A stretch of 64,000 nucleotides of DNA from Deltaproteobacteria bacterium (GTDB taxonomy: Bacteria > Desulfobacterota > Binatia > UBA12015): contig JAYGCM010000017.1 of the NCBI GenBank assembly GCA_046583355.1, forward strand, positions 1-64,000, given 5' to 3'. Shown here in pieces: positions 58,055 through 64,000 of this stretch; positions within the stretch are counted from its first letter, which is position 1, and each line of letters opens with the position of its first letter. Position numbers and translations under genes: made by a program. The notes under the pieces were generated by a model, which saw only the letters and a list, made by a program, of their open reading frames with translations, was not told where the DNA came from and did no database searches.

Positions 58055-58828
58055 CTAATTTCCGGTCGCGGTGGCGTGCGCTGCTTTGTCGCGCCAGCCG
58101 TCGAGGTGGGCGCGAATGATGCTCTCGACACGCGCGATGGTTGCGTCCGGAGTCTCGCCGGGGATGCGTTCCAATGGGGAGCCGGACCAGAAGCGTAGCT
58201 GCACGCCGAAGGGCACGGGCATGGCGTTGTGGAGCATCAGGCGCCAGGAGTTTTCCAGGCAGCAGGGGACGATCTTTGTCTCGGGTGCAAGCTTCAGGAG
58301 AGTCTTCAGCCCGGCCGGTTTGAAGGGCTTCATTTCGCCGAGGCGCGCGCGGGTGCCCTCGGGAAAGATCACCGCCGAGACCTCGCCGCGCGCCACGCGC
58401 TCGCCGAGTTCGGTGATGACGGCCACGGCGCTGCCGCGATCGTCGCGGTCGATCAGCGGGTGGCGGCCGAGCTTGAGGTTGGCCGAGATCCCCGGAATCC
58501 ACTCGGCGAGCTGCTTCTTGGTGATGTATTTGCCGTTGTTGGTCGGGAAGGCCCACGCAAAGAGCGGGATATCGAGCATGCTCTGGTGGTTCGAGACAAT
58601 GATATAGGATTCGTTCTCGCGAATATCCGGGGAGAGGTCGGCTTGCAGGGTGGCGCCGGTGATCCGGTAGGTTGCGAGCAGTTTGCGCTGCATGGAGAGG
58701 GCGACGCGCTCGACCGCATGGAGGCCGAAGAGCGATGCCACTCGCAGCACCACGTCGTAGATCAGCAGGGTGCCGATGAAGGCAGCGGCGAAGGGGATCG
58801 AGAGCACCCAATCGAGAATGCGTCGCAT
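58055..58828 (-). CDS. plsC: 1-acyl-sn-glycerol-3-phosphate acyltransferase (PlsC family)
   Basis: NHQSMLD (HxxxxD), IDR, IFPEGTR. Confidence 0.9.
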   Translation of the reverse strand: MRRILDWVLSIPFAAAFIGTLLIYDVVLRVASLFGLHAVERVALSMQRKLLATYRITGATLQADLSPDIRENESYIIVSNHQSMLDIPLFAWAFPTNNGKYITKKQLAEWIPGISANLKLGRHPLIDRDDRGSAVAVITELGERVARGEVSAVIFPEGTRARLGEMKPFKPAGLKTLLKLAPETKIVPCCLENSWRLMLHNAMPVPFGVQLRFWSGSPLERIPGETPDATIARVESIIRAHLDGWRDKAAHATATGN

Positions 58829-58916
58829 ATTCCCTTTCTCTCTCGCATTCCCGGCCCCTGTTTCCAATGCCGAGAGGGTCTTGCACTTTTCGGCTCCGGG
58901 TCTAGAACGCAGGGAG

Positions 58917-60359
58917 ATGGATGCTCTGGATCTTCCTATGGGGCTGGTCGCCTTCGTGAAGCGCGACTGTCCGACCTGCGAGACGGTCGCGCCGGTATTG
59001 GCGCGTCTCGCCGCCCAAGTGGGGCTTAGGGTCTACACGCAGGACGACGTCGCTTTTCCCGAGGGAACCGACCCGATCGACGACACGGCGCTCGATTTCT
59101 CTTTTCACCATGGCATCGAGATCGTTCCGACCCTGCTGGAGGTCGGCGAGGGTGGCGAGGTGCGCCGTCTTGAGGGCTGGCAGCGCGAGGAATGGCGTTC
59201 GTTTACTGGGGTCGCTGACCTCGGCGCGGATCTGCCCGATTGGCGCCCCGGCTGCGGCTCCCTGAGTGTCGACCCGATGCGCGAACCCGAGCTGCGGCGT
59301 CGTCACTCCGGTTCGAAGCTGCAAGCGCGGCGCATCGAGATCGCGTCGGCCGAAGACGAGATGGAGGCGCTTTTCGCGCGTGGCATCACTGACGGGTTGC
59401 CGGTTGTGCCGCCGAGCGAAGCGCGAGTGTTGGCGATGCTGGAGGGAACCAAGCGCGCGCCCGATGAGATCGTCGCCATCGTTCCGCCGGATCTCGCTCC
59501 GGCAAGCGTCGAGAAGGTGGCGATCAACGCTGTAATGGCGGGCTGCCGGCCGGAATATCTGCCAGTGGTGCTGGCCGGGCTCGAGGCCATCTGTACCGAC
59601 GAGTTCAATATGCACGGGGTGCTCGCGACCACGATGCCGGTCGCGCCAGTCTTTGTGGTTGGCGGCCCAATTGCCGCGCGGATCGGCATGAATGGCGGGC
59701 TCAATGTTTTCGGCCAAGGCAACCGCGCCAACGCGACGATCGGTCGGGCCGTGCAGCTTGTGGTGCGCAATATCGGCGGCGGCCGGCCCGGCGAAGTCGA
59801 CCGCGCGACCTTCGGTCAGCCCGGCAAGCTGAGTTTCTGCTTTACCGAAGGCGAGGACTCGCCCTGGGAGCCTTTGGCGGAGAGCCTGGGTGCCAAGCCC
59901 GGCGCGGACACGGTTACGGCCTTCTGCGGCGAAGCGCCGCGCAGCATTGTCGACCAGTTGGCGCGGGACCCGGACGCCCTGGTGGCGACCTACGCGGCCT
60001 GTCTGCGCACGATGCACCATCCCAAGCTGGCCGTTGGCTTCGACGCGATGCTCGCGATCGGTCCCGAGCATGGCCGCGTTTTTCGCGCGGCCGGCTGGGA
60101 CCGCGCCCGGCTGCTCGAGAAACTCAGCGCCGCGTCCATGATTCCCGGTACCGAGTTGATGCGCGGCGCGGGTGGGATGGCCGAGGGCTTCTCGATTCCC
60201 GCAGCGCAGGCCCGTGAGTTGCAACTTCCCAAGGTCCGTCCCGGTGGCCTGCATATCGTTTATTGCGGCGGCGGGGCCGGTCTTTTTGCTGCCGTCATCG
60301 GTGGTTGGTTGTCAGGCGACGCCGGAAGTGTTCCGGTGGTACGAGAGATTCGCCCATGA
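58917..60359 (+). CDS. Thioredoxin-like (CPTC) domain fused to a TDGLPVVPP domain; partner of the UGSC protein
   Basis: FVKRDCPTC, IEIVPTL, RPGCGS, GITDGLPVVPP, EKVAINAVMAGC, GNRANATIGRA; RBS AGGGAG. Confidence 0.82.
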   Translation: MDALDLPMGLVAFVKRDCPTCETVAPVLARLAAQVGLRVYTQDDVAFPEGTDPIDDTALDFSFHHGIEIVPTLLEVGEGGEVRRLEGWQREEWRSFTGVADLGADLPDWRPGCGSLSVDPMREPELRRRHSGSKLQARRIEIASAEDEMEALFARGITDGLPVVPPSEARVLAMLEGTKRAPDEIVAIVPPDLAPASVEKVAINAVMAGCRPEYLPVVLAGLEAICTDEFNMHGVLATTMPVAPVFVVGGPIAARIGMNGGLNVFGQGNRANATIGRAVQLVVRNIGGGRPGEVDRATFGQPGKLSFCFTEGEDSPWEPLAESLGAKPGADTVTAFCGEAPRSIVDQLARDPDALVATYAACLRTMHHPKLAVGFDAMLAIGPEHGRVFRAAGWDRARLLEKLSAASMIPGTELMRGAGGMAEGFSIPAAQARELQLPKVRPGGLHIVYCGGGAGLFAAVIGGWLSGDAGSVPVVREIRP

Positions 60360-60877
60360 AGAATGATCGTAGTTTTCTCGACCCACGCAACGAGGCCGTT
60401 GCCGCCCCGCGCCCGCGTACGGCGAAGCTCAAAGGCTTGCATGGCGCCAAGGTGGGGCTGCTCGATATCTCCAAACCCCGCGGCGATATCTTCCTGACTC
60501 GTCTCGAGGAGCGCTTGCGCGCCGAGGGCGCCGAGGTGCTGCGCTTTCGCAAACCGACCTTTGCCAAGGTCGCGCCGGTCGACCTGCGCCACGAGATCGC
60601 GGTGCAATGCGACGCCGTGGTCGAAGCGCTCGCCGATTGAGGATCCTGCACGACATGCAGTGTGCATGACTTCGCAGATCTGGAATCGAGAGGCGTTCGC
60701 GCCACCTTTATTGCCTCGGCTGAGTTCGCCGATGCGGCCGCCGTGCAGGCTCGCGCCTTGGGCGTCGAAGACGCCGGTATTTTCGTTGCCCACCCGATCC
60801 AGGACCGGACCGACGAAGAGATGGTCGCGTTGGCCGATCAGGCGCTGGCGGGGATCCGTGCCGCGCTTTCCGACTGA
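60356..60877 (+). CDS. UGSC-motif selenoprotein; Sec at TGA 60638-60640
   Basis: ATG overlaps upstream stop; VVEALAD-TGA-GSCTTCSVHD continues in frame to the 60877 stop; SECIS-like hairpin follows. Confidence 0.88.
60642..60680 (+). promoter_or_regulatory. Bacterial SECIS-like element
   Basis: GATCCTGC...CATGCA-GTG-TGCATG...GCAGATC stem-loop; G-starting loop 19 nt after TGA. Confidence 0.7.
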
Positions 60878-60967
60878 AGGCTTCTCGTTTGTGCGCCGGC
60901 TCTCTCCGGTTCTCCTGCTGCGCCGGCGGCCGTGAGAAATCCTTGCCGAATACCTAAGATGAAGTCC

Positions 60968-62491
60968 ATGGGAACGATCCGGCGCGACGAGTTCATCCAG
61001 GCCATCGAAGACGGCCTGCAATTCATATCCTTTTACCATCCGCGGGATTTCGTTCTGGCGATGCGCGACGCCTGGGAGCGCGAGGAGAGCCCGGCAGCCA
61101 AAGACGCCATGGCGCAGATTCTCATCAACTCGCGCATGTCGGCCGAGGGGCATCGCCCTATCTGTCAGGATACGGGCATCGTTACCGTCTTTGTTCAGGT
61201 CGGCATGGATGTCCGGTGGGATAGCGATCTCACCCTTGACGAGATGATCAACGAGGGCGTGCGACGCGCCTATACCAACGTCGATAATCCGCTACGTGCT
61301 TCCATCGTTTCGCCTCCCTATGGCGAGCGCAAGAATACCCGCGATAATACGCCGGCTGTCATCCATACCGAATTGGTCCCGGGCGATAGTGTCGATGTGA
61401 TTGTCGCGGCGAAGGGTGGCGGCTCGGAGAATAAATCGAAATTCACGATCCTCAACCCGAATGACAACCTGGTCGATTGGGTGCTGGAGATGCTGCCGAA
61501 GATGGGCGCCGGCTGGTGCCCGCCGGGGATGCTCGGCATCGGCATCGGCGGTACGGCCGAGAAGGCGATGCTGCTGGCAAAAAAGGCATTGATGAACCCG
61601 ATCGACATCAAGGATCTGCAGGCCCGCGGCGCGCAGAGCCCACTCGAAGAGCTTCGCCTGGAGATCTTCGACAAGGTCAATGCGCTCGGCATCGGGGCGC
61701 AGGGCTTGGGCGGCCTGACCACGGTGCTGGACGTCAAAATTCTCGACTACCCGACGCATGCGGCGTCCTTGCCGGTTGCGTTGATTCCCAATTGCGCGGC
61801 CACGCGTCATGTCCATTTCCGGGTAGATGGTGAGCACGCAATCGAGTTGCCGCAGCCGAAGCTCGAAGATTGGCCGGAGATCGATTGGGATCCGAAAGCA
61901 ACTTCGCGTCGTGTGCAACTCGACGGCCTGACGCGCGAAGAGGTCGCGAGCTGGAAGCCGGGCGAGACGCTCTTGCTCAACGGCAAGTTGCTCACCGGTC
62001 GCGATGTCGCACATAAGCGCATCGCGTCGATGTTGGCGAGCGGCGAAGGCCTCCCCGATGGCCTCGATTTCAACGGCCGCTTTATCTACTACGTCGGCCC
62101 GGTAAATCCCGTAGGCGACGAGGTAGTCGGCCCGGCCGGCCCGACCACCGCCACGCGGATGGACAAATTCACCGATATGATGCTCGAGGAGACCGGGATT
62201 CTCGGCATGGTGGGCAAGGCCGAGCGCGGCCCGGCGACGGTGGCGAGTATCAAGAAGCACGGCGCTGCCTACCTCATGGCTGTCGGCGGTGCGGCCTACC
62301 TCGTCTCCAAGGCGGTCCGTGCCGCACGCGTGGTTGCCTTCGAGGACCTCGGTATGGAGGCGGTCTACGAGTTCGATGTCGAGGATATGCCGGTGACCGT
62401 GGCCGTCGATGCACAGGGTGAGTCGGTCCATGTGACCGGCCCGGCGACCTGGAGAAAGTTCATCGACGCGCTCCAGCGCGCGGCCGAATAA
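60968..62491 (+). CDS. fumA: Class I (Fe-S) fumarate hydratase
   Basis: LQFISFYHP, RPICQDTG, AKGGGSENKS, GWCPPG, PNCAATRH, GPTTATRMD. Confidence 0.95.
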   Translation: MGTIRRDEFIQAIEDGLQFISFYHPRDFVLAMRDAWEREESPAAKDAMAQILINSRMSAEGHRPICQDTGIVTVFVQVGMDVRWDSDLTLDEMINEGVRRAYTNVDNPLRASIVSPPYGERKNTRDNTPAVIHTELVPGDSVDVIVAAKGGGSENKSKFTILNPNDNLVDWVLEMLPKMGAGWCPPGMLGIGIGGTAEKAMLLAKKALMNPIDIKDLQARGAQSPLEELRLEIFDKVNALGIGAQGLGGLTTVLDVKILDYPTHAASLPVALIPNCAATRHVHFRVDGEHAIELPQPKLEDWPEIDWDPKATSRRVQLDGLTREEVASWKPGETLLLNGKLLTGRDVAHKRIASMLASGEGLPDGLDFNGRFIYYVGPVNPVGDEVVGPAGPTTATRMDKFTDMMLEETGILGMVGKAERGPATVASIKKHGAAYLMAVGGAAYLVSKAVRAARVVAFEDLGMEAVYEFDVEDMPVTVAVDAQGESVHVTGPATWRKFIDALQRAAE

Positions 62492-62576
62492 GGGCATCTC
62501 GGAGCGGGGCCGCGTTGCATGCGGTCCGGCTTGCTGCAATCTCGCGACCCTGCGGGCCTTTGTTAGATAATGACCC

Positions 62577-64000
62577 ATGAGTGATGAACGCACCCCTATT
62601 CTTGTCGGCACGGCCCAATCGGTCGAGCGCAATGTAGATCCTGCCGTGGCAACCGAGCCGCTGGCGATGCTCGAGCAGATGGCGCGCGGCGCTGCGGAGA
62701 ACGCCGGCGCCGGCGATGCGCTGCTGCGCAAGCTCGATACCGTCGCCGTTTTGACTGTAGTGGGCTGGCAGGCGCGCAACGGTGCACAGTTGGTGGCCGA
62801 GAAGATCGGTGCTCCGGCGAAGAAATTCTATACCTCCGAGATGGGTGGTCAGATCGGTGTGACCGCCGTCAACCTGCTCGCCGAACGGATCGTTGCCGGC
62901 GAGAGCCAGGCGGCCCTATTGGCGGGCTGCAATAATATGCGTGCGCTCACCAAGGCCGGCCCGGCCGGTGTCGACCTTGATTGGACGGTCGGCGGCACCA
63001 GCGACCCGGAGATGATCGGCGTGGCGAAGGCTGGCAGCTCCGAGCTCGAAGCGAAATACGGCATGGTCATGCCGCCGGATATTTATCCGATGTTCGAGAA
63101 TGCCTTGCGCGCTTCGCTCGGACTCTCGCTCGACGAGCATTCCCAGCGAATCGGCAAGCTCTTCCATGGCTTCAGTGCCGTCGCCGCAAAAAACCCCTAC
63201 GCCTGGTTCCCGACCGAGCGCAGCGTGAACGAACTCATCACGGCTACGCCGACCAATCGGATGATCGCCTACCCCTATACGAAATACCTCAATGCCGTGC
63301 TGACCACCGACCAGGCCGCCGGCATGATTCTCACCACGGTGGCCGTGGCAAAGGAGTTGGGGATCCCGCAGGAGCGTTGGGTCTATTGGCTTGGCGGTGC
63401 GGAGACTCAAGAAGAGGCTTGGTTCCCGACCGAGCGCCCGGATTTCGCTAACGTGCCGGCCATGGGCGACGCCTCGAAAAGCGCCCTTGCCAACGCCGGC
63501 TTGGGCACCGACGAGATGAACCATTTCGACTTTTATAGCTGCTTTCCGATTGCGGTCGAACACGCGGCCCGGCAGCTCGACCTGGATATCGAGGACCCGC
63601 GTGGGTTCACCGTGACCGGCGGACTGCCCTATGCGGGTGGGCCCGCGAGCGCCTATACGCTCCATTCGCTCGCCAGCATGGCCGACAAGTTGCGCGACGA
63701 AGGCGGCGGCAAGGGGCTGGTTACAGGCAATGGTTGGTACTTGACGAAGCATTCGGCGTCGGTCTGGTCGACGGACGCGGGCACGGCCACGCCGAAGCGC
63801 GGCCTGCTCGACCGGCTGCCCTCGGCAGGTGCCGAGACCGCGGCACGTCCTTCGACGGATGCGGTCTCCGGGGCCGGAACGATCGAGGCTTATACGGTGC
63901 AATACAACCGTGCGGGTGCGCCGGAGCGCGGTATCCTGGTGGGTTCCACCGAAGACGGGACTCGCTTCGTGGCGAATAGCTTTGATCCAAGTGTGCTCGA
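62577..64000 (+). CDS. Thiolase-like acetyl-CoA acetyltransferase family protein (runs off the window end)
   Basis: MSDERTPILVGTAQ..., YPMFENALR, NRMIAYPYTK, DQAAG, FDFYSCFP, TVTGGLPYAGGP; no stop seen before 64000, so absent from the ORF track. Confidence 0.85.
   Translation, partial: MSDERTPILVGTAQSVERNVDPAVATEPLAMLEQMARGAAENAGAGDALLRKLDTVAVLTVVGWQARNGAQLVAEKIGAPAKKFYTSEMGGQIGVTAVNLLAERIVAGESQAALLAGCNNMRALTKAGPAGVDLDWTVGGTSDPEMIGVAKAGSSELEAKYGMVMPPDIYPMFENALRASLGLSLDEHSQRIGKLFHGFSAVAAKNPYAWFPTERSVNELITATPTNRMIAYPYTKYLNAVLTTDQAAGMILTTVAVAKELGIPQERWVYWLGGAETQEEAWFPTERPDFANVPAMGDASKSALANAGLGTDEMNHFDFYSCFPIAVEHAARQLDLDIEDPRGFTVTGGLPYAGGPASAYTLHSLASMADKLRDEGGGKGLVTGNGWYLTKHSASVWSTDAGTATPKRGLLDRLPSAGAETAARPSTDAVSGAGTIEAYTVQYNRAGAPERGILVGSTEDGTRFVANSFDPSVL

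Overview
GC-rich chromosomal window with about 57 CDSs and one tRNA-Leu(CAA). I found no rRNA, CRISPR array, integrase or transposase. By inference the gene content suggests a deltaproteobacterial-type lineage such as Binatota or Myxococcota: pgpA-cinA and recA-pilT synteny, two WS/DGAT acyltransferases, two DUF3604 proteins, an F420-type LLM oxidoreductase and a TonB-dependent receptor. Main blocks: lipid storage and beta-oxidation genes, a small polysaccharide cluster, czcCBA heavy-metal efflux, two VapBC-type TA modules plus a PIN remnant, a sulfite/nitrite reductase cluster and a class I fumarase. The most notable signals are missed or split by the ORF track. (1) Two probable selenoproteins, each read through an in-frame TGA followed by a SECIS-like hairpin: a membrane-anchored AhpC/TSA-like protein (WUPFC, 40185-40946) and a UGSC-motif protein (60356-60877) coupled to a CxxC thioredoxin-fusion partner. 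(2) A candidate ~120-nt sigma-54-dependent small RNA at about 8541-8422 (minus strand) with a near-consensus -24/-12 promoter, a closing stem and an oligo-U end. (3) An uncharacterised operon of lipoprotein, orphan GspC-like PDZ protein, TonB receptor and TetR. (4) An MFS-DUF2849 fusion heading the sulfite reductase operon. All family assignments come from motif recognition by eye; no database searches were run.
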